64,000 bases of DNA from Octopus sinensis (taxonomy: Eukaryota): NCBI RefSeq assembly GCF_006345805.1, contig NC_043013.1:56668001-56732000 (forward strand). The letters run 5' to 3'. Under the pieces are notes generated by a model. The model did not search any database. It saw only the letters and a program-made list of their open reading frames with translations, and was not told where the DNA came from. Of the stretch, positions 52,068-64,000 are shown piece by piece. The position numbers and the translations under genes are program-made. Position 1 is the stretch's first letter. Every line of letters begins with the position of its first letter.

Positions 52068-52528
52068 CTTTCTATAACAGACACAAGGCCTGAAATTTTT
52101 GGGGAGGGGGTTAAATCAATTACATCGACCCCAATATTCAACTGGTCCCTAATTTATCGACCCAGAAAGGATGAAAGACAAAGTTGACCTCGGTGGAATT
52201 TGAACTCAGAATGTAGGGACATGCAAAATAGCACTAGTATTTCACCTGGCATGCTAACGATTCTACCAGCTCACAACCTTAATATTAATAATAATAATAA
52301 TAATAATAATAATCCTTTCTACAGGAGGCAGAAGGTCATAAACTTGTGGGCAGGGGATTTGTTGATTATACCAACTCCAGTATTTCACTGGTACTCAATT
52401 TATCGACCCCATAAGGATGAAAGGCAAAGTTATCTTCGGCGGAATTTGAACTCTGAATTAAGCGACGGGCAAAATAGCACTAAGCATTTCATCTAGTGTG
52501 CTAACGACTCTGCTAGCTCACCACCTTA
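52068..52528 (-). mobile_element. Two SINE family B copies separated by (AAT)n
   Basis: 52068-52281 and 52313-52528 align with 17705 in reverse. Confidence 0.85.
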
Positions 52529-52631
52529 ATAATAATAATAATGATAATAATAATAGCAACAACAACAACAACAACAATAACAACAACAACAACAATAACA
52601 ATAACAATAATAATAATAATAATAACAATAA

Positions 52632-53390
52632 TAGAGACAGAGGGATTTTTAATTGCAGCACAAGACCAAAGCCTCCCCACCAGAAATTACCAAAAACATG
52701 TAATGAAAAGAAATATAACAAGTAACTGCAGAATATGTGGAGATGGACAAGAAACAATAAATCATATTATCTCTAGCTGCCCAGTCCTAGCTAAGAAGGA
52801 ATATATTCACAGACACGACAGAGTTGGGACCTATATACACTGGAAACTATGCCAACATTATGGAATAACAACACAAAAAAGATGGTATAGGCACACACCA
52901 GAAAAGGTCACAGAAAACGAGAAAGCAACCATACTCTGGGATATGCCAATACACACAGATAGAGAAATTAAGGCCAACAGAACAGTTATAGTTGTCAGAG
53001 ATCATGAAGAAAAATAATGCTTTCTAATTGATGTATCAATACCGGCAGATGACAATGTGTCTCTAAAAGAAATGGAGAAACTCTCAAAATATAAAGACCT
53101 GGAAATAGAGGTAACCAGAATGTGGAATCTAAAAACAGAAACAATTCCTCTCATAGTAGGTGCATTAGGCATGATAAAAAAATATTCAGACAAATACATA
53201 AAAAAAACACCAGGACTTACAAACACATATAGCATACAGAAAATTGCACTACTAGGCACTGCACACATCCTACGCAGAACACTTTCCATACAATAACCAT
53301 CAGAGCATCACAACAAATCACAGCACATACCCAAGGCACACAGAGCTGCGCTCGGTAGTGAAGTGAAAGCACGCTATAAAAATAAAACTA

Positions 53391-53393
<3 letters not shown>
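52632..53393 (+). mobile_element. 5'-truncated Dong/R4-clade LINE in (TAA)n
   Basis: ETEGFLIAAQDQ, CRICGDGQETINHIISSC, RHDRV, WDMPIHTD, LIDVSIP, KLSKYKDL, LIVGALG, ALLGTAHILRR; one stop at 53017; catalytic RPD reads RTV. Confidence 0.95.
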
Positions 53394-53458
<65 letters not shown>

Positions 53459-53460
<2 letters not shown>

Positions 53461-54014
53461 GCCCTGATGCAGTACCAGGCAGTGGCTCTCATGGCTTCTG
53501 ATCTTAACTGATTGGAAGTGTTATCATGTACATTGTTTTGTCTTGGTATAAAAGATGGGCTACAGCAAATATTCTGCTCAATACCACAGATTTGCTTGTC
53601 AGTTGTTTGACCTTAACCAGTTGAGCATGTCCCTTGGTGGCTGACAATATGTGCATCTCTGATCACCAGCAGAAGTAGTGGGGGAGCATCATAGCCATGT
53701 GTTGAGAGGGATTCTTTGGGGTTTGAATAATTCACCTCTGGAAACATGGGTGTTTCATTCAACATCCTTAAACAACTCTTATTCAGGGACCTTTTGAGCA
53801 GGATGGGTTACTCGACCTGAAGAAAATTCTAAGTGGGCCCCACCTGCAAGGTCATGTGCTGCTTATCTTGACATGGGATCACCATGTCACACACATATGG
53901 TTGTGATGCATGTGTGTAGTGTACCCTTATCAGACGGGTAGTCATGATGGGTATACTGGGCTTCGTATATTTTACCCCAGTGTCACTTTGATGGCATGCA
54001 CTGCTCTCTCATTC
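53459..54014. mobile_element. ~555-bp non-coding element in (AAT)n
   Basis: Reverse complement of 5019-5576. Confidence 0.85.
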
Positions 54015-54036
54015 AATAATAATAATAATAATAACA

Positions 54037-54535
54037 ATTGAATTCGAAATCGAAACAAATTTGATAACTGGCACCCATGCTAACCTCCCTTCATTGGACA
54101 CTAAATTCTGCTTGCGAAGACCTGTTGGGGCAAGTGAAATTGAAATTGAACCAAATTCGATGACTGGCACCCATGCCAGTGGAGCCTGTAAAAAGCATCA
54201 TTTGAGATTGATCATTGCGAGTGTCATCTTACCAGCACGTGAACAAAACATTCGAGCGAGGTTGTTGTCAGTGCCGCTGGACTGACTCCTGTGCAGGTGG
54301 CATGTAAAAAACACCATTGAGCATGGACGTTGCCAATACCACCAGACTGGCCCTCGTGCCGGTGGCACGTAAAAGCTCCCACTACACTCTCAGAGTGGTT
54401 GGTGTTAGGAAGGGCATCAAGCTGTAGAAAGTCTGCCAGATCAGATTGGAGTCTGGTGCAGCCATCTGGTTCACCAGTCCTCAGTCAAATCGTCCAACCC
54501 ATGCTAGCATGGAAAGCGGACGTTAAATGATGGTG
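54037..54535 (+). mobile_element. RTE-tail SINE, long internal variant
   Basis: Internal repeats ACTGGCACCCATGC; ends GGAAAGCGGACGTTAAATGATG. Confidence 0.8.
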
Positions 54536-54670
54536 AACAACAATGATAATACTAATATATATTACTGGAGCTGATGAAGTTGTTATTGCTTAGGGTTATC
54601 CTAACTAAGCAGACTTACAATAACAAGCCTTCTAGTCATGACCATCCTTGCTTCTTGGATATCTATGAAT

Positions 54671-55190
54671 ATCATCATCATCATCATCATTTAACGTCTG
54701 TTGTCCATGGTGACATGGGTTGGACTGTTTGACTAGGACTGGCAAACTGGAAGGCTGCACCAGACTCCTGTCTGATTTGGCATGGTTTATATGGCACTCC
54801 AAGAGTGTAACGGGTGCTTTTACATTCCAGTGGCATGAGTGCCATTTGCATGACACTGGTATCTGCCACAACTGATTTTGCTCAGCTTGATGGACCTCTC
54901 AAGTGCAACATCGCTTCCATGAGGCCCAACACTCAAAAGGGGCTTTCTACATGCCACCAGCAAGGATGCCAGTTACGTGACACCAGCATTTACAATGGCT
55001 ACGATTTCACGGGTTTGACAGGTCTTCTCAAGCACAGCATATTGCCAAAGACTTCGTTCAATAGTCATTACCTCTGTGAGGCCCAAAGTTCAAACATCAT
55101 GCTTCAGCCCCTCATCCCATGTCTTCCTGGGTCTAATTCTACCACAGGTTCCCTCCACAGTTAGAGATCGGCACTTCTTTACACTGTATA
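54671..55190 (-). mobile_element. RTE LINE 3' end plus 3' UTR
   Basis: Minus KCRSLTVEGTCGRIRPRKTWDE, followed by a UTR ending in the same block as the SINE tail, GACGTTAAATGATGATG. Confidence 0.75.
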
Positions 55191-55401
55191 ATGTAACATG
55201 TGGTAGATTTAGCTACTATTACTAGCAAGTTGGGCATCTGTGGGAAGACTCTTTCATAGCAGAGATATAAAATTTTGCCAATCTGATGCAGGTTAAAATA
55301 TATTTAAAAATGAAATAAATGAAATATGCTAGAAGCAATTACTTTTACATATATTGTTGTAATGATTATCTATCTGTCTATCTGTCTATCTATCTATATA
55401 A

Positions 55402-55444
<43 letters not shown>

Positions 55445-57051
55445 AATATACTTATACATACATTCATTACATACATACATATATGCATATACTCAGACAT
55501 ATGCTACTGTAATATCCAGAAATTATTATAAAGGAAAAATTATATCTCATTGCTTTATCACAGCCTTATTTTAAAAAGAAAAACAGAGATGGCCTGTTTT
55601 GTATCCATTTAGACGAAAATTTATTTCTAATCTATTACAAATTGCTATATTTTACCATTTCACAATTGGAATTATACATTTTACATTTCATTTCTAAATA
55701 TGTTTCAATTTTATAAATATTTCTTTCTTTAAATCCACAATTTTAATTCATTGAAAATCATGATATTAAGTATTTTAATATATACGTTTTATTTATATAT
55801 GTTAATCCAATTTACATCTACAGTGTATTTAATGTTTCTTACAAAAAATATTTCAAATGTTTTTTTCTTTATAGAGTTTTAACTTCTTCCTGCAGCTCCT
55901 AATATTAGCGGGAAGTATTCTATAGTGTCAGGTAGCAGGATCACCCTTGCCCCTTGCAAACTGTTAAAGGCATCAGTTAAATCTCCCCCAGTTGCATTCA
56001 ATCAGTTTTCAAAAGACAGACAGAAAAGATCAGATTGTGCAATAAAGTCGTATGTTTTTGCGTAGTTCCAAGTTCCAATTCCAATAGTACAGTTTGGGGT
56101 TCAATCCTACTGAATAAAACCTTAGCTTTCTGTCTTCCTCTTAAACCTGATGACTTGATTGATCAGCTTGAATTCTTTAAAAAACAAAATATTTGAATAA
56201 ATCCAAAAGGGGAATACACACACACACACACACATACACACACACACATACACAGCTGGTAGAATTATTAGCCAGCTTAGCACTATTTCATTGTCTCTAC
56301 CTTCTAAGTTCAAATTCTGCCAAGGTCAGTTTTGCCTTCAATCCTTTCTGAATTGATAAAATAAATACCAGTTGTGCACTGGGGTCGATGAAATTCATTT
56401 GACTCTTCCCCAAAATTATTATTATTGCTGTTGTTATTATTATTTTCATTGACTTTTATAAGGAAACTGCATCATTTTTACAGCTATCTTAGAAACACAT
56501 TTTGTTCACGTATTAGAAAATGAAATTTTCGTTGTAATACTTGCAAAGAGAAAATAATAATTGCCAAAGGAAAGCTTGCCCTTGATACTTGGCAGTGGAA
56601 AATGGAGAGAAGGGAATCGCTTCACAAACTTCTGAAATTTCAGCGACACACATTGCATTTTCCCACACACAAATTACTACCACATATAATTATGCCATAC
56701 CAGAAAACATTACAACCACAAAAACCAAAATACATGACTAAATATAAAAGGGGAAGAAGAAACTGAATGGTTTAATGAACAATTAATGGACGAAAGACCC
56801 TGTAACTGAAATAAATCACTTGAAAGACAGCAACTGTAACAACAACAATAGCAGTAGTGATTCTTCTTGCACAATTCTAAATATTGCAGTCTCTTCATAG
56901 AGCAAGTGTGGGAAGACAAGCATTCCCGGAACAGAAACTGAACAAATAAAATCTTAGATCTGTGACGGGTCCAAGACAAAAAGTGTAGATGGAAGAATTT
57001 TGTGAAACCCACCAACATTTCTTTATCACATGAGATAATCGAGAAGAAAGA

Positions 57052-57432
57052 ACAGGCATGGCTGTGTAGTAAGAAGCTTCGTTCCTAACCACATGGTTCT
57101 GGTTTCAGTCTCACGGTACAGCACTAGTGTCAGGTGGACCAAAGCCCTGTGAGGAGTTGGCATATTGAAACTGAAAGAAACTCATTGTATGTGTGGGTAT
57201 CTTTTTGCATGTGTTCGTCTCCCATCACCACCACTTGACAACCAGTGTTGGTGTGTTTATATCTTCATAACTTAGTGGTTCAGCAGAAAACAAAAAGAAA
57301 ACCCTGATAGAATAAGTGTCAAGCTTAAAGCAAAATAAGTACAAGGGTTGGTTCATTTGACTAAAAAATTTCAAGGTAGTGCTCCAGCATGACCCCTGTC
57401 TAACAACTGAAATGAATAAGAGATAAAAAGTG
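57052..57432 (+). mobile_element. SINE family A, decayed
   Basis: Aligns with 9305. Confidence 0.8.
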
Positions 57433-57458
57433 AAGAGAAAATTTCTATATCTTTGCAT

Positions 57459-57992
57459 AAATTTAAAGTAAACAGAAAATGGAGAAATATTGATCAACAA
57501 TTGACTAGCATCAATTATTACTTTTTAATTAAAGACAATCTGATGAAGCTCCTCGTTCCAGATCGGATGTATTACCAAATATGATAAATATTATTTTCAG
57601 AATTTTCAATGGCAACACTGTGAAACATTGGAAGCAGAAACAGCTGTTAGATGGGATACAGTCTATTTGTGAAGTATATTTGCCACTTAAATGTGGCTAA
57701 CCACTAAGGGTAGATGCTACTGTAGCTTGTAGCCCCAGGAGAACATCTTCTCCAGAAACCCAGGTCCGTGCTTATCATGTCAGGTTGATGATGGGAAGGA
57801 TGGCTTCCCTTTGCAAATACTGATAGGGCACAGAAAGTGTGTCAATAGCCAATTGGAGAAGATGTTCTCCTGGGGCTACAAGCTACAGTAGCATCCACCC
57901 TTAGTCTATTTGTATTTAACTAAAAAGTAATAACTGATGTAAGTCACTTGTTATTGATCAATATTTCTCTATTTTCTCTTTACTTTAAATTT
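57459..57992. mobile_element. Foldback/MITE-like element with nested inverted repeats
   Basis: 57703-57755 pairs with 57854-57905 (near perfect); 57459-57540 pairs imperfectly with 57908-57992. Confidence 0.75.
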
Positions 57993-60191
57993 GATTCCTG
58001 ATGAATTCATGTTTATCTTTGTCATTACCTGTAATCTATGAGCATAATATGCTTGCATATGCATGTTCAGGGTTAACATAGGTAATTATACCGGTAGTAT
58101 AACGGCTATTTTTTATCCCTTAGTCAGTTATTCCAACATCTAACTCAACTAACCTTTGATATAAATCTTTGCATATGAAAAGATGGCACCAGATTGAATT
58201 AATCTTCACATCAAGTAGTACAACAAAACATCGGGAGAAATTATCTCAATGAAAAAAGGCAAAATGCATGACACTATTTATTGTACCTTTAAATTTGTAA
58301 ATGCAACCAAATCATGGGTTGAAATCGTCAGACGCACTTCTGATTATACACTTGTGTCAGAGTAGATGGGACAAAGCAACAAAAGAATCACAATAGAATA
58401 CATTTAGAAGAACCATGGCCAGTGCTGACACATGTGATGAGTAGGTTTAATGAAATATGACCCAAGGGAAAGGACATCAGAATAGACTTTCAAGTTCAAT
58501 TAACCTCAAAGTCCACCGACTCAAAACCACAAGAGTGACCAGTAAAAAGGATGGAGATTGATGACAGAGAGTAGAAAGTTTTGTTGTTACATTTGTTGAC
58601 ATAAACTATACATGAGAAAAAATGTGAGGAAGAAGTAAGTAAATGAAAGCAAAACATAAAAATAATTAAGAGCAACAGAAAAAAGAATAAGTCACAGTTT
58701 CCAGAACATCAACAGCTAAAACTCTAGGGATGACAAACAAAATAGCTTTAGACACAGTTTCAGAGCAAGCACCTCCTTCTTGAACTGTACCACACATTCA
58801 ATGCATAAAGTAATCATCATATGGAATATTAACAGATGGAATTTTGAAGTTTGTGAAAATACAAAGAAGAAAAGGATGGAAAATTTGAGAAAAATAAGTG
58901 AGAAAGAACATTTTCTTTCAAACAACTATGAAATCATTCCCCAGGAAAATAATGAAGAAAACGTAGAGAACGAAGATTAAAAATCATTCAACATTCTTTG
59001 GAAATTGGACAGACCATTAAGAGACAAAGTTTTACATCTCTAGTGCCAAGGACTTTCTGAAGAAGGGGGAATGCCACAGAAATGATTTGGTTCCAAATAT
59101 AAACAACATGCACAGATAGATTGCTATTAAGAATAAAACTTAGACATTACTGCAAGTTTAAAGGAGAATATTTACAAGATATTTTTTTAAACACCAAATG
59201 CCTTAAAAACAAAATGCTGACTGGTGTATTTGGCCACACTCAAGCAAGATTTCAAAACTGGTTAAGTAAATGAGGATGTGACATGCTTTGATATGTGTCT
59301 GTGTATTTATTTACACCTGCAATCATACACAGGCTACAAAATGTTGCTATTACCAGTCTCCTGTTAACAAGTCATACACTCGTTTTGTGGCTTCAGACTG
59401 GCATAGAGGCAATGATGATCCCTTGCTGCAGAAATAGTTAAGGATAAGCAACAGGAAAGGCATCCGATCCATGCAAGCACAGACAAGAAGGCATTAAATG
59501 AATGAACAAATATGTAGATGCACACACACATACATGTAAACATACATACAAGCACATATGCATACATTGTATTATCACACACGCACATACAAATAGACAT
59601 GCACCCACACATACTGGTCTGTGCCAGTGTAAGTGTTGATCTTATTAACTTTTGAATGTATCCAATTATAAAATACTGAATATATTCCTAGATAATTCTC
59701 ACGGAGTAGAAAATTGCAGTTCTGTGATAGATATGAAAATATTTCCAATTCTAATAGTTGTGCTGGAAAGAAATCAATGACAGACACAGCTAGTGGCTGT
59801 TCAGTGTGTATGCATTTGTATGTGCATATGTCTGTGAGTGTCTGTGAGTGCATATGGGTGCATGGACATAAACTATCTTCACCAATCCATATGTATGTAT
59901 ATGTTTATCTACATACATACATACATACATACATACTAACATACATACATGTGTCTGGATGCATGTAAGGTATGGGTATGCTCTATTTTACTTTGGGAAT
60001 TATTGAAGAAATGTAATATGTATGTAGTAGTATGTGACTCTCTATTTTTCTCCTACACTCAATATATATATTCATATACGTACATACATACATATCTATA
60101 TCTATATCTATCTATCTATATATATATATATATACATGTATGTATGTACTTATATATATGTGTAGATATATAAATATATATATATGTATAT

Positions 60192-60238
<47 letters not shown>

Positions 60239-60620
60239 GATAGATGTAAAGAGAGATAGATGTAAATAAGCATACACAAACACATATATCTTCAGTCGTA
60301 CATTGATATATAAATATATAAATCTTTGTTTTCCTCATGCACAAATAGACCTAATTTTGAAAATGTTTTTTTCTATTCACATATTTCCCCCAATGGAAAT
60401 CAAGCAGTTATTTGCTGTGAATATTCAATATGGTACTGTTTGTAATATATTTAAATTACGACTGAACACTCTAGAAGAAACAACTTCCATTAATGGACAT
60501 AACATTCTTCAATATTATTTATTATTTCTCTCAGGCTTAGTTCTACCTGACTTTATCTGGCAATATAAACAGATTTCACAGAAGCACATAGATTTAAATA
60601 TAAGTGTGTGTGTGTGTGTG

Positions 60621-60660
<40 letters not shown>

Positions 60661-60665
<5 letters not shown>

Positions 60666-60923
60666 CGATGCCAGTGCTGCTTTTGTGGCATCTAAAAAGC
60701 ACTATTTAAGTGTCGTCAATGCCAGTGCCACCTAATTAGCTCCCGTGTTAGTGGCACATAAAAAGCACCTACTATGCTCTTGGAATGGTTGGCATTGGAA
60801 GGGCATCCTGCTGTAGAAACCTTGCCAGATCACATTAGAGCCTGGTGCAGCCTCCTGTCTTGCAGGTCCCCAGTCAAACCACCCAACTCATGCCAGCATG
60901 GAAAACGGACGTTAAACGATAAT
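60661..60923 (+). mobile_element. RTE-tail SINE 3' part
   Basis: Ends GCATGGAAAACGGACGTTAAACGAT. Confidence 0.8.
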
Positions 60924-60975
60924 ATGTATATATATATATATATATTTGTGTGTGTGTGTGTGTGTGTGTGTATTC

Positions 60976-61208
60976 AAGGTGGTGAGCTGGCAGAAACGTT
61001 AGTGCACTGGGCAAAATGCTTAGCGGTATTTCATCTGTCGCTACGTTCTGAGTTCAAATTTCGCTGAGGTTGACTTTGCTTTTCATCCTTTCGGGGTCGA
61101 TAAATAAAGTACCAGTTTCGCACTGGGGTCGATGTAATCGACTTAATCCCTTTGTCTGTCCTTGTTTGTCCCCTCTATGTTTAGCCCCTTGTGGGCAGTA
61201 AAGAAATA
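60976..61208 (+). mobile_element. SINE family B ending in the GTAGTAAAGAAATA-type module
   Basis: Matches the first module of the 22.6-23.2 kb trimer. Confidence 0.85.
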
Positions 61209-61260
61209 TATATATATATACACACACACCTAATCTCTCTGTCTATTGATTTATATGTAT

Positions 61261-61428
61261 CATCATCATCATCATCATCATCGTTTAACGTCCGCTTTCC
61301 ATGCTAGCATGGGTTGGACGGTTCAACTGGGGTCTGGGAAGCCCGAAGGCTGCACCAGGCCAGTCAGATCTGGCGATGTTTCTACAGCTGGATGCCCTTC
61401 CTAATGCCAACCACTCCGTGAGTGTAGT
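61261..61428 (-). mobile_element. RTE-tail SINE 3' part
   Basis: Reverse complement of 12700-12875. Confidence 0.85.
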
Positions 61429-62053
61429 AATATATGTGTGTATGTGTGTATATATACATCACTGTCATCAGCATCATCATCATCGTTTTAACGTCTACTT
61501 TTTCATGCTGGCATGGGTGGGACAGGTCATTGCAGTTCATGTGATTTCAATTTAAATTTCATTTTTGATTTAGTTCATGTTGCTGAATGCCATTCACCAC
61601 CCACTGTATATATTATTACTGGCTAAGTTATATTTTGTTGTGGCATCAGCCTTAGAGAGGTCGTCATGTCCTCAGCAAGACAAAGAACTCCTCTCAGCAC
61701 AACAATTAGCCACTTACTTGACAACCCCTTTACAGAATATGTTAAGTCTCATTTTATTAGGGCAACACATATAAGCATAAACACACGCATACACACACAC
61801 TTTGAAATCTGTAAAAGGCATATTCATGGCTATATATCAAAAAAGCTTACCAATATTCTCTGCCTGCCAGTGAAATTAATGCAAGAATATAATTTATTTT
61901 GAGAATGTATTCCAGAATGTTCTGTGTATTAAATTATATCGTGATGGTCACATCTAGAATGTCTTTGATGTTAGTTTGCTAACACAGAGTTCCAAGATAG
62001 TTTTAACCTATTTCTATGTTGAATATTAATGGGTAATAACTATGTAGACATAT

Positions 62054-62265
62054 AAGGCAGATAAATGGCAGAATCGTTAGCAGACTGGGCAAAATGCTGA
62101 GCAGTTTTTAATCTGTCTCTAGGGTGTGAGTTCAAATTCCATCAAGGTCAACTTTGCCTTTCAGTATTGATTAAATAAGTACCAGTTGAGTACTTGGGTT
62201 GATGTAATTGACCAATTTTTTGCCCTGAAATTGCTGGTCTTACACCAAAGTTTGAAAGCAATATT
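62054..62265 (+). mobile_element. SINE family B, decayed
   Basis: GCAGAATCGTTAGC..GAGTTCAAATTCC..AAGTACCAGTTG. Confidence 0.7.
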
Positions 62266-64000
62266 TCCGGTGTTGTTCAATATGAAACCAATAATTATGT
62301 AGAAATATCTTTAAAAAATTCAGGTTTTAAAATCTGGATGTTTTTCTACTCCTCCATCCATTTCCATTCTCTTTTATTCTCACGAGTACCACCAACCAGA
62401 AGGAGCAGCAACACTTGACTTCCCTACAAATTACCTTCACTCTTTCCTGCCTTCCACTCAGCCTTAATCACTCAGTGCTTCATTAGATTCCAGTTTTTTC
62501 TGGATCTTGTAATATTTTTCTCTGGATCTTGTTTCCTGGATCAGAACTCTAGCAGAAGAAATTCCATTCTTTATGAAAGTATTAAGATATATAGACATTA
62601 TTTCTATGGGCCACACTTTATCTAATTACTTCCAAGACAAAATGCTAAACTATAAACATACCAATTTAGACATTTATAATCATGGCTACATTTAGATTCA
62701 GCTATCTCACATTGCGACAATACATGTTATGTTCAGATCATGCCAGTATGGTAAAAGTATCCACTACCAATGCTGCTGCTACTACTACTATAGCTGATGT
62801 TGTTGTTGGCGATGTTGATGCTACTGTTGATGATGATGATGATGTTGTGGTGGTGAAAGGGATTATTTTGTGCTTGATAGCAATCACGGTCATGATTGTG
62901 ATGGTTTTTTTTTGTCTGAGACTAAAAGAAATGAAGTAATATTAGCTGGAATTGTGTGATTACTTGAAGCCAAGGTCAATTATATCTTAAATAGTCAAAG
63001 AAGACATTCTACAGCTTCTCTACATGTTTACTCTTTTACTCTCTTGAGAAGTCACAATTCTTCCCGAAATTCTATCTTAGGAAACGGTCAAATGTTTATT
63101 CTGAGATTCCAGTAACAATAGTTAAAAATACTATTTCTTTATATATATATATTTTTTCTTTTCATTGGTGTGAGGAGTGTGTGAGGATGGTCAGATTGGG
63201 ATTTTGTAATGTCTGTGGTGATAGTATCAGGAAACTTGTAGGTTAAGGAATTATGGCATTATTTGTTCTAATTAATTGGACTGCTTTGTGTACTTGAATC
63301 AAGATTTATCAAGGACAAAACAAAGAAGTAACATAAAAGACAAAGGAAACTCATTTGAAAGGAAGAACTTTTGTTGTCAATTATCTTATTTTTATTTTAT
63401 TTTTCATTTTGATCTTTTTTTATTTCCTTTTGGTAAAGAATTTTACAAACAAGTTGCATTATGGTAGAGTCATGCCAGCCATTTATAAAACACTTGAACT
63501 GTTATATTCACTCATTTTAGATAATTTTGTTTTAGTATTCTGTAAATCATCGGCACCTGCATCGGCACCTGCATTGGCATCTGCATGGCTGTGAGGTTAC
63601 AAAGGATGCAGGTGCTTTCATCTTTTACTTTATTTGCAACTCTGAAATGAAGCTCTTTCACTGGAATCTAGTTAATATCACCAACATAGTTATGTGTATA
63701 TGTATCTGTGCATGTATGTATGTGCACAAATATATGTTTCTTTATATATGTATATGCCTACAGCGGGTTAAACTTCTACATATGTGTGCAAATGTTTGTC
63801 TATCATTTTCATCATTGTTGTCATCATTTAGTCTCCATTTTCCATGCTGGCATATATTTGTATGTGTATCAATACACCCTAAACTTCTGCAATATACATC
63901 ATTCTCTCTCTCTTTGTGTGTGTACTTACCATGCACGAACCCTCTTGAATTGTTTTAAATGTCTTTACAGTCAATATGCTTTTTTGACTAATTACCATGG

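Noticed and set aside
53462-53480. CTGATGCAGT at the end of the 555-bp element as a variant HHR core
   Set aside because: Not conserved in the second copy (CTGGTGCA) and no stem II/GAAA partner.
58560-59280. A-rich stretch as a coding exon (ORF 58780-58980)
   Set aside because: Stops in all frames nearby; probably an old LINE remnant, but no diagnostic motif to name it.

Overview
AT-rich, microsatellite-dense, almost entirely non-genic animal DNA. The SINE families and element mix indicate an octopod cephalopod (Octopus-like); this is inferred, not searched. No host gene could be confidently assigned; there is one weak 72-nt exon candidate. The window is a mosaic of mobile elements: several tRNA-derived SINE families, a full-length decayed mariner, a Gypsy LTR remnant, RTE LINE pieces (one young, with a stop-free 465-aa RT ORF), R4/Dong-like REL-endonuclease LINE 3' ends sitting in (AAT)n or (CATA)n tracts, and Penelope-like (PLE) remnants with GIY-YIG domains. 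The most striking signal is missed by the ORF track: a set of type I hammerhead ribozyme (HHR) motifs read by eye at 18.7, 35.2, 39.8, 44.8, 45.2, 47.8 and 48.4 kb. Two of them lie in a head-to-tail ~461-bp non-coding tandem array with an inverted, diverged end copy (44.6-45.9 kb). This is the architecture of an animal non-LTR retrozyme, a potential source of self-cleaving, circularisable viroid-like RNA. Folds and alignments were done manually; coordinates of decayed elements are approximate.
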